NCBI GenBank assembly: GCA_050250895.1
Contig: JBFWNU010000002.1
Location: 439,659-503,658 of the forward strand
Direction: 5' to 3'
Origin: Vulcanimicrobiota bacterium
GTDB lineage: Bacteria; Vulcanimicrobiota; Xenobia; Xenobiales; JADMJV01
DNA: 64,000 nt
This document shows, one piece after another, positions 45,950-54,897 of this stretch. Numbering within the stretch: the first letter of the stretch is position 1; each line of letters begins with the position of its first letter. Both the position numbers and the translations under genes were made by a program. The notes below the pieces were generated by a model. That model searched no databases. It was not told where the DNA came from and worked only from the letters and a program-made list of their open reading frames with translations.

Positions 45950-47552
45950 CCTCGGGCGGTGGCGGGGCAGCCGGAGGAGCGCCGGGTGGCGGTCCGACTT
46001 CGATAGGCACGGCCTCGGGGATGGGCGCTGGTTCGGGCGGTTGAGAAACGGGCTCGGGAGCCAGTTCGGGCTCGAACTCGAGTTCAGGCTCGGGGGCCGG
46101 GGGAGGCGCGACTTCGTCCTCGGGAGTCAGTTCTGGCTCGGGTTCGGGCTGGGGCGGGGGATTGTGGGGAGCCGGTCGATAGACCGGATATTCCTGGGGC
46201 GGGGGAGTCCAGGCCTCACGACGGGTGCGGTCGCTGCCCACCACGATGGTCAGGTCATAGTCTGACTCCTGGTCGCTGTGCGCCTGGCGATATTTGGCCC
46301 CGCCCAAAAGCGACATCATCACGCCGCGGGCTCGGGGCAGATTGCGATGTTCGATGATTTCGGTCACCGCATAGGTGGCCCGGTCGGCCTCGCCCACATC
46401 GACGACATTGAGCCCCTCCAGGTTGAGTTCGTCGGCGAGGCGAGTGGCTGCGCCGGCATCGGGAGTGCCGTTGAGGACCTGAACGCGGAAGTCACCCTTG
46501 GCGATCCAGTTGTCATCTTTGAGCAGTCGGCGCACCGTCTTTTCGTTCTCGGGAGCGTAGGGCACGATGAACGATACTCCGTTGGCTTCGGCATCGTCGC
46601 CCACGATGGCGCCGGAGCGCATCTTGGAGAAGTCGAAGTTGCTGTAGAGGCTGGCCAGGTCGCCCATTTCGATGAGCTTGAGGTCGGTCTCGATGTTTTG
46701 CTTGACGATTTTGCCCAGTTCGGGCAGGCGGGTCAGGATGCTGGGCTCGCGCAGTTTTTGACCTAGAGCCCGAATGACTTGTTGTTGGCGGCGAATGCGC
46801 CCGCGGTCGCCTTCTTCATCCATGCGAAAGCGGGCGTAACCCACGGCCTGCTCGCCGTTGAGCACCTGAGGGCCCTTTTTCAGGTGGATATGCAGGTGGC
46901 CCCAGTTATCGTCATAGTCCATGTCCTTCTCGACGTTGATGGGCAAACCCCCGATGGCCTCGACGATGTCCTTGGCTCCACTGACTTTGACGATCACATA
47001 ATGATGGATGGGAACTCTGAGAAACTCGCTGACGGTCTCGATGGCTTGCTCGACGCCACCCAGAGCGTAGGCGCTGTTGATTTTGTCGTAGCCGAATTCT
47101 TCCGAGATCAAGACCTGGGTGTCGCGGGGGATCGAGACCACGTTGAGATAGCCGGCTTCCCGATTGAGGCTAACCACCATCATGGTGTCCGAACGGGCGC
47201 TCTTGGTATAGAGCATGCCCTTGGAGTCATAGTTGTAGTCGATGCCGAGCACCAGGATGTTGATGCGCTCTTTATCCTGGAAAACGACCCGGCCGTGTTC
47301 CTCTTGTTTGAAGATGCCAGGGCCGACACCGTCGACCCCGCTGCTGGCCAGGGGCTGAACCACCTGCTGGATATAGGCGAAGCCGCCCACCAGGGTGCCG
47401 ACCGCCATCAGAAAGACAAAAATGGAAAAGAAGACCAGGCGCCGCAGACTGGGCACACGCCGATACCATGGAATAGGGGGACCCAGCTGAACGGCTACCG
47501 TGCCACCCGGGATCACCGGCACGGTCCCGCTCGGGGCGGTCGAGCTAGTCAT
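45933..47552 (-). CDS. LCP (LytR-CpsA-Psr) protein with LytR_C domain and Pro/Glu-rich tail
   Basis: RSDTMM, SIPRDT, KINSAY, YARFR...GD.GR..RQQ; VQVLNGT...G.A. Confidence 0.92.
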   Translation of the reverse strand: MTSSTAPSGTVPVIPGGTVAVQLGPPIPWYRRVPSLRRLVFFSIFVFLMAVGTLVGGFAYIQQVVQPLASSGVDGVGPGIFKQEEHGRVVFQDKERINILVLGIDYNYDSKGMLYTKSARSDTMMVVSLNREAGYLNVVSIPRDTQVLISEEFGYDKINSAYALGGVEQAIETVSEFLRVPIHHYVIVKVSGAKDIVEAIGGLPINVEKDMDYDDNWGHLHIHLKKGPQVLNGEQAVGYARFRMDEEGDRGRIRRQQQVIRALGQKLREPSILTRLPELGKIVKQNIETDLKLIEMGDLASLYSNFDFSKMRSGAIVGDDAEANGVSFIVPYAPENEKTVRRLLKDDNWIAKGDFRVQVLNGTPDAGAATRLADELNLEGLNVVDVGEADRATYAVTEIIEHRNLPRARGVMMSLLGGAKYRQAHSDQESDYDLTIVVGSDRTRREAWTPPPQEYPVYRPAPHNPPPQPEPEPELTPEDEVAPPPAPEPELEFEPELAPEPVSQPPEPAPIPEAVPIEVGPPPGAPPAAPPPPEATPIP

Positions 47553-47757
47553 TTCCTACATCCTCCAGAGGCCAATCTTCCCCAACGCCAAACTTGATTA
47601 AAATTCACTTCGAGTCGGCCATTTCCTGGTCGACCTTAAACGGCTCATCGGCCGTTTACGCCTTGGGAATACCCAGCCGCCAGCTAACCAACACCTGGAT
47701 TCCACCAGTTGGGGTAGGGGAGGGGGTGAACGGATTGTAACTTTCGAACGCGACCAG

Positions 47758-48507
47758 GTGGGAAGACGCTGGGGACAACATTTCCTTCGAGACCGCCGGG
47801 TGGTGGAGAAGATCCTGGAGGCTGCCGAGCTTGGCCCGACCGACCAGGTGGTGGAAGTGGGCCCGGGACCGGGAGCAATGACCGTTCCCATGTGCGAGCG
47901 GGCCGGCCGGGTGGTGGCCTTCGAGATCGACCCCCGATGGGCCGAGAAGTTGCCACGCCACCCCAATCTGAAGGTCGTCCAGGGAGACTTCCTCAAGACC
48001 GACCTGGCCGCTCAGCTCGAAGGGGGACGCTGGAAGGTGGTGGCCAATCTGCCTTACTACATCACCGGGCCTATCCTCGAGAAGCTGTTTTTCGAGGGTC
48101 AGGGCTTGGTCAGCGATATGTGGCTGATGATGCAGAAGGAAGTGGCCGTGCGGCTGACTTCGCCGGCCAGCCGTGAAGCCGGTTCGCTGACTTACTTCGC
48201 CGCCTATTTTTGCCGCCCCAAGCTGCTCTTCAAGGTCAAACCCGGCTCGTTTGCTCCGCCACCCGAAGTCGACTCGGCGGTGGTCCACCTTCACATGCGG
48301 GAAGAACCGCTCGAGTGCGACCGCGATCGGCTCTTTCGCCTCGTTCGCCAGGCCTTCTCGATGCGCCGCAAAACGCTTCTGCGCTCCTTGCGCGGCCTCA
48401 TCGAGGAGCCGGGAGCGGTTTTGGAGAAAGCAGGAATTTCTGGGCAGAGGCGTCCCGAGACCCTCAGCCTGGAGGAGTTTATCCGAGTGGAAAGAGCCTG
48501 GGAATGA
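47758..48507 (+). CDS. rsmA: 16S rRNA adenine dimethyltransferase
   Basis: GQHFL, EVGPGPG, EID, ANLPYYIT, QKEVA.R, P.VDSAV, RRKT. Confidence 0.93.
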   Translation: MGRRWGQHFLRDRRVVEKILEAAELGPTDQVVEVGPGPGAMTVPMCERAGRVVAFEIDPRWAEKLPRHPNLKVVQGDFLKTDLAAQLEGGRWKVVANLPYYITGPILEKLFFEGQGLVSDMWLMMQKEVAVRLTSPASREAGSLTYFAAYFCRPKLLFKVKPGSFAPPPEVDSAVVHLHMREEPLECDRDRLFRLVRQAFSMRRKTLLRSLRGLIEEPGAVLEKAGISGQRRPETLSLEEFIRVERAWE

Positions 48508-48878
48508 GTGATTTGAGCCTGCAACTTCTAGAAGCCATGAAGCGCGAGTTTCAGTTCTTGCGCCAGGACCACGACTTCCAACTCGGCGACGACTTTCTTG
48601 ACGAGGTGCAGCTCGGGGCCACCGCTCGTAACACTTTCTTCAGCTGCAAAAAGCATGGGGCCCAGCCCCGGCTCAATCCTAATCACCGGGTCATCCTGGC
48701 TTTGATGAACTCGAAAGAACGCTCCAAGACCCATCTCTATTATCTGCTTTCGGCCGTCTATAGCATCGTCAACCGGGCGGTCGAAGAGATCGAGGATTCG
48801 CACGAGCGCGAGTTCCATGCCAAGATCCTCGAGACTCTGCTGGCGGGCCGGTCGGGGCGCTGGACCGATCTGGCCTGA
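48504..48878 (+). CDS. Small protein homologous to the C-terminal domain of 54898..59277
   Basis: LYYLLSAVYSIVNR..EEIEDSHEREFHAKILETLL vs LYFLLSALFSVKNR..QAIEDSHERDFHARILATLL. Confidence 0.75.
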   Translation: MSDLSLQLLEAMKREFQFLRQDHDFQLGDDFLDEVQLGATARNTFFSCKKHGAQPRLNPNHRVILALMNSKERSKTHLYYLLSAVYSIVNRAVEEIEDSHEREFHAKILETLLAGRSGRWTDLA

Positions 48879-49576
48879 TGCTCCAACTGCATCAGTTTCA
48901 TCCGGCTATGGGGCTGCTCAACGCCAGCCCCTTCTGCATGAAGGCCGAAATGTATCTCAAGATGGCCGGTCTTGAGTACAAGAACGTCTATGAAGACCGC
49001 CCCAACGGGCCCAAGGGCAAATTGCCCTTTCTGAGTGAGTCGGGCAAACTGGTGCCGGACAGTTCAGCCATCATCGACTATCTCAAGGAGACGCGGGGCG
49101 ACGCGCTCGATGGCGAGCTCGACTCCCAGCAACAGGGCCTGGGCGTGGCGGTGCAGCGGATGCTCGAAGAGCATCTTTATTTCGCCCTGCTCTACTTTCG
49201 CTGGATCGACGATGCCGGTTGGGATTTGACCCGTCAGGCCTTTTTCTCGCGCCTGCCGCCCGGTCTGAGCCTGATCATGCCGCCGCTTTTGCGCAGTCTC
49301 ACTCGCACCACCCTCAAGCGGCAGGGGATGGGCCGCCACACGGCCGCCGAAATCGAACAGCGAGGCAGAGCAGACATCGCCGCTCTGAGCCACCTGATGG
49401 GCGAGAAGCTTTATCTTTTGGGCGACCAACCCAGCAGCTTCGACGCTTGTGTCTACGCTTTTCTGGCCAATCTGCAGCCGCCCGCCGCCGACAATGTGCT
49501 CGCCCAGACGGTCAGCTCGTATTCTAACCTGGTGGCTTATTGCCACCGCATGCACGAGCGCTATCTCTTCAGCTGA
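48878..49576 (+). CDS. GST-like (metaxin/FAX-type) protein
   Basis: SPFCMKAE, PKGKLPF, DSSAII, LEEHLY, GDQPSSFDA. Confidence 0.88.
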   Translation: MLQLHQFHPAMGLLNASPFCMKAEMYLKMAGLEYKNVYEDRPNGPKGKLPFLSESGKLVPDSSAIIDYLKETRGDALDGELDSQQQGLGVAVQRMLEEHLYFALLYFRWIDDAGWDLTRQAFFSRLPPGLSLIMPPLLRSLTRTTLKRQGMGRHTAAEIEQRGRADIAALSHLMGEKLYLLGDQPSSFDACVYAFLANLQPPAADNVLAQTVSSYSNLVAYCHRMHERYLFS

Positions 49577-50199
49577 GGAATGAGCCAGTCGACGGCGGCC
49601 GAGAGGTCGCTGAAGTGCTGGTCGGGCACTGCCTGAGCGTGACCGTCTTGGCCGCCCATGCCGGTGTCGAGCAAGATGGTGGTCAGGTCCGGGGTGGCCT
49701 TTTCGCCGGCCGCGATGTCGGTGGTCATATCGCCCACCATGTAGCTGTCGGCCAGATCGATGGCGGCCCCAAAGTGGTTGGCGGCGGCATAGAACATTCC
49801 GGCCTCGGGCTTGCGGGCCGACAGTTCGCCGCTGGGAGGCAGTTCGTCTTTGCGGTTCGGGCAGTAGTAGATGGCGTCGAAGTGGCCGCCAGCCGCCTCG
49901 ACTCGTTCTTCCAGTCGCTCGAGAATGGCCTCGGCCTGGGCCGGCGTCATCTTGCCATAGCCGACTCCGCCCTGGTTGGTGACCAGCACCAATTTGGCGT
50001 CGGTTTCGCGCGAGAGTCTGGCCAGAGCCTCGACGGCCTCGGGCATCAGCTGGCGGTCGAGATCCTCGGGCGAATTGACGAAGCCATCGGTCGTGTTGAA
50101 CACGCCATCGCGGTCGAAAAAGACACAGGGCTGGCGGCCGGGAGTGTGGGTCCGGGCGGTGGCCGGAGCAGAAGATACCGAGTGGATTGCGCAACTCAT
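49561..50199 (-). CDS. gmhB: HAD-IIIA phosphatase (heptose bisphosphate phosphatase-like)
   Basis: FFDRDGV, VTNQGG, RKPEAGM, MVGD..TD. Confidence 0.8.
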   Translation of the reverse strand: MSCAIHSVSSAPATARTHTPGRQPCVFFDRDGVFNTTDGFVNSPEDLDRQLMPEAVEALARLSRETDAKLVLVTNQGGVGYGKMTPAQAEAILERLEERVEAAGGHFDAIYYCPNRKDELPPSGELSARKPEAGMFYAAANHFGAAIDLADSYMVGDMTTDIAAGEKATPDLTTILLDTGMGGQDGHAQAVPDQHFSDLSAAVDWLIPQLKR

Positions 50200-50244
50200 G
50201 GCGCGAAGATACACCGCCTCTGCGGTCCACGAGTTGTCGTGGTG

Positions 50245-50601
50245 TTAAATTTCCTCGAGAACCTCGCGATGCAGTTCGACCAGCTGCTCGAGGGGAATCT
50301 CCATTTCGTCGGCCAGTTTGTCGATGTAGCGCAGCTCGCCCGCAGCCAGCACCCCGTCGGCATGGGCCACCCGCAGGACGCTGCGCATGGCGGCGATACG
50401 GTCAGTTTGCGAGGGCAGCAGTTCACTCAGGCGGGGAGTATTGCGCGGCACCCCCGGCTCGGGCATCTCGAAGTCTTCGGGAAAGCCGAGATTGGCGAGG
50501 ATATCGGCGATGGCCTCTTGCTCTTCGGGATCGAAGCTGCCGTCGGCCATGGCCACCTCGAACAGGGTGCGGACCAGTTCGCGGCGGATCTCTGGCTGCA
50601 T
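50245..50601 (-). CDS. TerB-like protein
   Basis: VAMADG...EE and VAHADG...GE. Confidence 0.78.
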   Translation of the reverse strand: MQPEIRRELVRTLFEVAMADGSFDPEEQEAIADILANLGFPEDFEMPEPGVPRNTPRLSELLPSQTDRIAAMRSVLRVAHADGVLAAGELRYIDKLADEMEIPLEQLVELHREVLEEI

Positions 50602-50651
50602 CCCTGCTGAGGTTCGGGAGGACGAAACGGCTCCCTGCAAAAGGACTGGCC

Positions 50652-51638
50652 GTGAGCGCTCGCGCCTTCTGGGCGATTTCGTTGGGGATGTGGACTTTGC
50701 TGGTGGTTGTATTGGCCCTGGCCGCGCTCGTTGGTTCCGTTTCGGTGCCTGTGTCGACGCTGCTGAGCAGTCTGATTAGCCCTGGAGGACCTTCGACCAC
50801 GGCCCACCAAATTCTTTGGGATATTCGCCTGCCCCGGGTTTTGCTGGCCGCCCTGGTGGGGGCCAGTCTGGCCGCCGTGGGTGTGGCCCTGCAGGCGGTG
50901 GTGCGCAATCCTCTAGCTGATCCCTACATTCTGGGCTCGTCCTCGGGCGCATCCACGGGGGCGGCCCTGATGATGTTGCTGGGTTTGCCCGCCCTGGTCA
51001 AGCCGGCCGCCTTCGCCGGCGCCCTGTTGGCCCTCATGCTGGCCCAGGGCCTGGCCCGCCAGGGACGCCGTCTGGCCCCCGAGCGCCTGCTCCTGGCCGG
51101 GGTGGCGGTGGGCTATATGCTGGCGGCTCTCACCAGTTTGCTGACCGTGATGGGTGACCAGCGCATGACGCGAGGGGTGCTGTTCTGGCTGCTGGGCGGG
51201 TTCTCGGGAGCCACCTGGAGCGACCTGCTGTGGCCCAGCCTGGTGCTGGTGCTCGGCACCTTCTTTCTGCTCTTGCAAAGCCGTGCCCTCAACGCTCTGA
51301 GTCTGGGCGAAGAAGCCAGCCTGACGCTGGGGATCGAGCCCGACCGTTTTCGCAAGCAGTTGCTAGCGCTGTCGGCCGTGCTCACCGGGGTGTGCGTGGC
51401 GGTGAGCGGAGCCATCGGCTTTGTGGGCATGATGGTTCCTCATCTGGCCCGACGACTGGTGGGCGCCGATCATCGCAGACTGCTGCCGGTGGTGCTGGCC
51501 GGAGGCGCGGTGCTGATGGTGGTGGCCGATCTGTTAGCCCGCGTCTGGCTGGGAGGCCGAGAGCTTCCGGTGGGCATTCTGACCGCCCTGGCCGGTGGGC
51601 CCTTCTTTCTCTGGATGATGGCCGGGAGGCAGCGATGA
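50652..51638 (+). CDS. FecCD/BtuC-family ABC permease
   Basis: IRLPR, RNPLADP..LG, LG.E...LG, G.IGFVG...PH, ELPVG. Confidence 0.92.
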   Translation: MSARAFWAISLGMWTLLVVVLALAALVGSVSVPVSTLLSSLISPGGPSTTAHQILWDIRLPRVLLAALVGASLAAVGVALQAVVRNPLADPYILGSSSGASTGAALMMLLGLPALVKPAAFAGALLALMLAQGLARQGRRLAPERLLLAGVAVGYMLAALTSLLTVMGDQRMTRGVLFWLLGGFSGATWSDLLWPSLVLVLGTFFLLLQSRALNALSLGEEASLTLGIEPDRFRKQLLALSAVLTGVCVAVSGAIGFVGMMVPHLARRLVGADHRRLLPVVLAGGAVLMVVADLLARVWLGGRELPVGILTALAGGPFFLWMMAGRQR

Positions 51639-52405
51639 ATCTGCGCCTCGAAGAAGTCGAGTGGGGCGTCGACGGTCGCACCATCGTCGACCGGGTAAGC
51701 CTCGCCGTCGAAGCCGGCCAGTTGGTGGGATTGCTCGGTCCCAACGGCAGCGGAAAATCTAGCCTGTTGCGCACCGTCTATCGCGTCAACCAGCCACGGG
51801 CCGGCCAGGTCTGGCTCGACGAGCATCAGGTGTGGAAGGAGTCTCCCCGTTGGTTGGCCCAGCGGGCGGCCACCGTGCTGCAAGAGAATCTGACCTCGTT
51901 TGACTATACGGTGGCCGAGATGGTGGCTATGGGCCGCATTCCGCACCAAACCCAGCTCGGGGGCGAAAGCCAGGCCGATCGCGAGGCCGTCACCCAGGCT
52001 CTGGCCGCAGTCGGTTTGCCCGACTTTGGGGAGCGCGTGCTGGGGACCCTCTCGGGGGGCGAAAAGCAGAGGGTGCTGGTGGCTCGGGCGCTAGCCCAGG
52101 AGCCTCGCTTTTTGGTTCTGGATGAGCCCACCAATCATCTCGATGTGCGCCACTGCCTGGAGTTGCTCGACCTGCTCACGCGCTTGCGGGTCGGAGTGCT
52201 GCTCACCCTTCACGACCTCAACCTGGCCGCTCAATACTGCCATCGATTGGTGATGCTCAAGGCGGGAAGAGTGGTGGCCGAGGGCACTCCCGACGAAGTG
52301 TTCAGGCCTGACCTGCTGGCCGAGGTCTATGAGGTCGAGGCCGAGGTGGCCCGCCACCCTCGCACGGGCAAGTTGCAGGTGACCTTTTTCTCGGCTCAAA
52401 CCTAG
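51635..52405 (+). CDS. Iron/cobalamin ABC transporter ATPase
   Basis: GPNGSGKS, LSGGEKQR, LDEPTNHLD, LHDLN. Confidence 0.93.
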   Translation: MNLRLEEVEWGVDGRTIVDRVSLAVEAGQLVGLLGPNGSGKSSLLRTVYRVNQPRAGQVWLDEHQVWKESPRWLAQRAATVLQENLTSFDYTVAEMVAMGRIPHQTQLGGESQADREAVTQALAAVGLPDFGERVLGTLSGGEKQRVLVARALAQEPRFLVLDEPTNHLDVRHCLELLDLLTRLRVGVLLTLHDLNLAAQYCHRLVMLKAGRVVAEGTPDEVFRPDLLAEVYEVEAEVARHPRTGKLQVTFFSAQT

Positions 52406-52409
52406 GCTT

Positions 52410-53264
52410 ATGACCATCCTGTTCTGCAACCATCCGCTGGCTGCTCGAGAGGTCGACCCCGACTATCTGGAAGAGTGGGAGGCGGCCGGCCGCCACGGCT
52501 TTGAACGGGGGCTGGTTTCGTTTGAGGATCTGACCGCCGGGGCCCCCCTGCGCCGCCTGCCCGCCGAAGGGCTCTGTCTCTATCGCGGCTGGATGTTGCG
52601 GCCCGAGCAGTATGACCGGCTCTATCAGGCCCTCGACGGCCGCCTGGTCCACACCCCCGAGCAGTACCGCTTCTGCCACCTGTTTCCCCCCTCGTATCCC
52701 TATCTCGAGGGGATGACCCCCGAGTCGGTCTGGACCGACCAGCCCGACCAGTTCCACGATTTGCTAGCCCGCTTCGGCGATCAGCCAGTGGTCATCAAGG
52801 ACTACGTCAAGTCGCGCAAGCACGAGTGGCTCGAAGCCTGCTATATTCCCCGGGCCGACCAGCCAGGCCGGGTGGTCGAGACTTTCCTCGAGCGCCAGGG
52901 CGAGGATCTGGTGGGTGGACTGGTGGTGCGGCGCTTTGAAGCCTTCGAGCAGGTGGGCGTCCATCCCCTGAGCGGCTTGCCGACCTTTCGCGAGTATCGC
53001 CTGTTCTTCGCCGAGGGTCGGCTACTGCTGAGCTTTCCTTATTGGGGCGACGAACTGGAGGGACCCGGGCCGCCGAGCGAGCCGTTCGCCAGTCTGGCCG
53101 CCCGCTTGCCGGCCCGCTTTTTCACCATGGACGTGGCCCGGCGCAGCGATGGCCAATGGCGAGTGGTCGAGTTGGGTGACGGTCAGGTGGCGGGTTTGCC
53201 GGGTCGGGTCGACGAGTTCTATGCTCGCCTGGCTACTTCTTGGTCAGACGCTCTTCAAAGCTAG
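52410..53264 (+). CDS. ATP-grasp protein (R2K-like clade)
   Basis: YRGWML, KDYVKSRKHEW, EYRLF, FTMDVA, VELGDGQV. Confidence 0.8.
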   Translation: MTILFCNHPLAAREVDPDYLEEWEAAGRHGFERGLVSFEDLTAGAPLRRLPAEGLCLYRGWMLRPEQYDRLYQALDGRLVHTPEQYRFCHLFPPSYPYLEGMTPESVWTDQPDQFHDLLARFGDQPVVIKDYVKSRKHEWLEACYIPRADQPGRVVETFLERQGEDLVGGLVVRRFEAFEQVGVHPLSGLPTFREYRLFFAEGRLLLSFPYWGDELEGPGPPSEPFASLAARLPARFFTMDVARRSDGQWRVVELGDGQVAGLPGRVDEFYARLATSWSDALQS

Positions 53265-54798
53265 GAATGTGGGCGTCGCGCAGGCCTTCCATCCAGGTCA
53301 GGTAAAGCTCGCGCTCATCGAGCGACTTGAGTTCTTCGAGATAGCGTCCGGTCTCGCGCGAGAGGCCGGCTCGACGGGCTACCCGGACGGCGTTTTTGAG
53401 GTCGGCCACTGCCTGTTTGCGCTGGCCCCGGTCTTTCGAGAGCAGGCCGCGCTGGTAATAGGCCTCAGCCAGCCAGGCCGAGTCGCCGTGTTCGGCCAGC
53501 GACAGAATCGATTCGTTGAGCCGGCGGGCCGCTTCTTCGTGCTCGCCCTCGAGGCGGGCGATCGAACCCGATAAACAGAGCAAGAAAGACAGTTCTTTGA
53601 ACATCTTGTGCTCGCGGAACATGTCGCGAGCTTGCGAGCAGAGCAGGGCCGCCTCGGTGGCCTGACCCCGGCGGATATAGGCCTGGCACAGGTCCATCTG
53701 AACTCGGGCCACGTTGAAGGTGTCTTCGACGTGGCCGAACAGGGCCAGGCTCTCGCGCAGGTTGCGGATGGCCTCTTCGAGGTTCTCGAGCTGCACCAGG
53801 CACTGGCCCAGGTTGCGATAGGAGTAGCCCAGCGCGTAAGGGTTACGAAAGCGGATCGACAGCTCGAGGTCCTTGCGAAAAAAGGTGGCCGCGTTGTGAT
53901 AGTCTTCGCGCAGCATATACACCTGGCCCAGCTTGCCGTAGAGCGTGGCCAGTTCGGCGTTGGCCCCCAATTGCACACACAGCGACTCGCAGCGCTTGAA
54001 GCTGAAGATGGCCTCTTCCATGCGGTTGAGGGCCAGAAAAGTGCGCCCGATGCTCTCATAAACCTTGGCCTGGCCGAAGGGGCAGCTGGCTTTCTTGTAG
54101 ATCGACAGTGCGTCGAGGTGGCTCATCAGGGCCGAGCGATGCTTGCGCCGCAGGCCGCTGATCACGCCCAGGTAGCGCAACACCTGGGCCCGGGTCAGAC
54201 AGGGCGGGTCTTCGCCCAGGCATTCTAGCCCTTTGCGCACCTGGGATTCGGCCTCTTTGATGCGGGCCAGCCGGAAGTTATAGAGACCTAGTTGAGTCCA
54301 CAGCGAGGCCTGCAGGCGACGCTTTTCGGCCGATTCGGGCAGATTCTCGGCCTCGGCCAGGGCTTGATCGATGTGCTCTTTGGCGCGCGACACGGCCCCG
54401 GTGCGCCCGGCGTGTTCGGCCATTTTAGCCAGAGCTGCCGTGGTCACGTCGCTGGTTTCGACGGTGAAGGCCAGTTCTTGGGCTTTGGCCAGATACTCGC
54501 CGGCCATGCCGGGTTCGCCCCGCATGTCATGCAGTTCGGCGATGCTGAGCAGAGCCTCGACCCGCACCTTGTCTTGCTGTTTTCGCTCGAGCACCTTCTT
54601 GAGCTGGCGCTCGGCCTGATCCCACTGCCCCAACACCAGGTAGCAGCTGGCCAGACGGGCTCTCACGCCATCGTCATCGGCCTCGGCCGGGGCCGCCTCG
54701 ACAGCCTGCTTGAAGCAACCCACGGCGTCGACAAAGCGAAGCTCGGCCACCTGTCGCTGACCTTGCTCGAGCATCTGTTGATAGACAGAGGCGGACAC
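53233..54798 (-). CDS. Tetratricopeptide-repeat protein
   Basis: Repeated A..Y..LG..Y...A helical pairs throughout. Confidence 0.88.
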   Translation of the reverse strand: MSASVYQQMLEQGQRQVAELRFVDAVGCFKQAVEAAPAEADDDGVRARLASCYLVLGQWDQAERQLKKVLERKQQDKVRVEALLSIAELHDMRGEPGMAGEYLAKAQELAFTVETSDVTTAALAKMAEHAGRTGAVSRAKEHIDQALAEAENLPESAEKRRLQASLWTQLGLYNFRLARIKEAESQVRKGLECLGEDPPCLTRAQVLRYLGVISGLRRKHRSALMSHLDALSIYKKASCPFGQAKVYESIGRTFLALNRMEEAIFSFKRCESLCVQLGANAELATLYGKLGQVYMLREDYHNAATFFRKDLELSIRFRNPYALGYSYRNLGQCLVQLENLEEAIRNLRESLALFGHVEDTFNVARVQMDLCQAYIRRGQATEAALLCSQARDMFREHKMFKELSFLLCLSGSIARLEGEHEEAARRLNESILSLAEHGDSAWLAEAYYQRGLLSKDRGQRKQAVADLKNAVRVARRAGLSRETGRYLEELKSLDERELYLTWMEGLRDAHIPSFEERLTKK

Positions 54799-54897
54799 GG
54801 CCTGTAAGGTTCCTCCGCTCAGGCTCGCCTTCCTTCTAGGGCCGGGACAACCGGCCTGAGCCGGGGGATCCAGCGGGCCGAAGGCGAAGGCCCCGGC

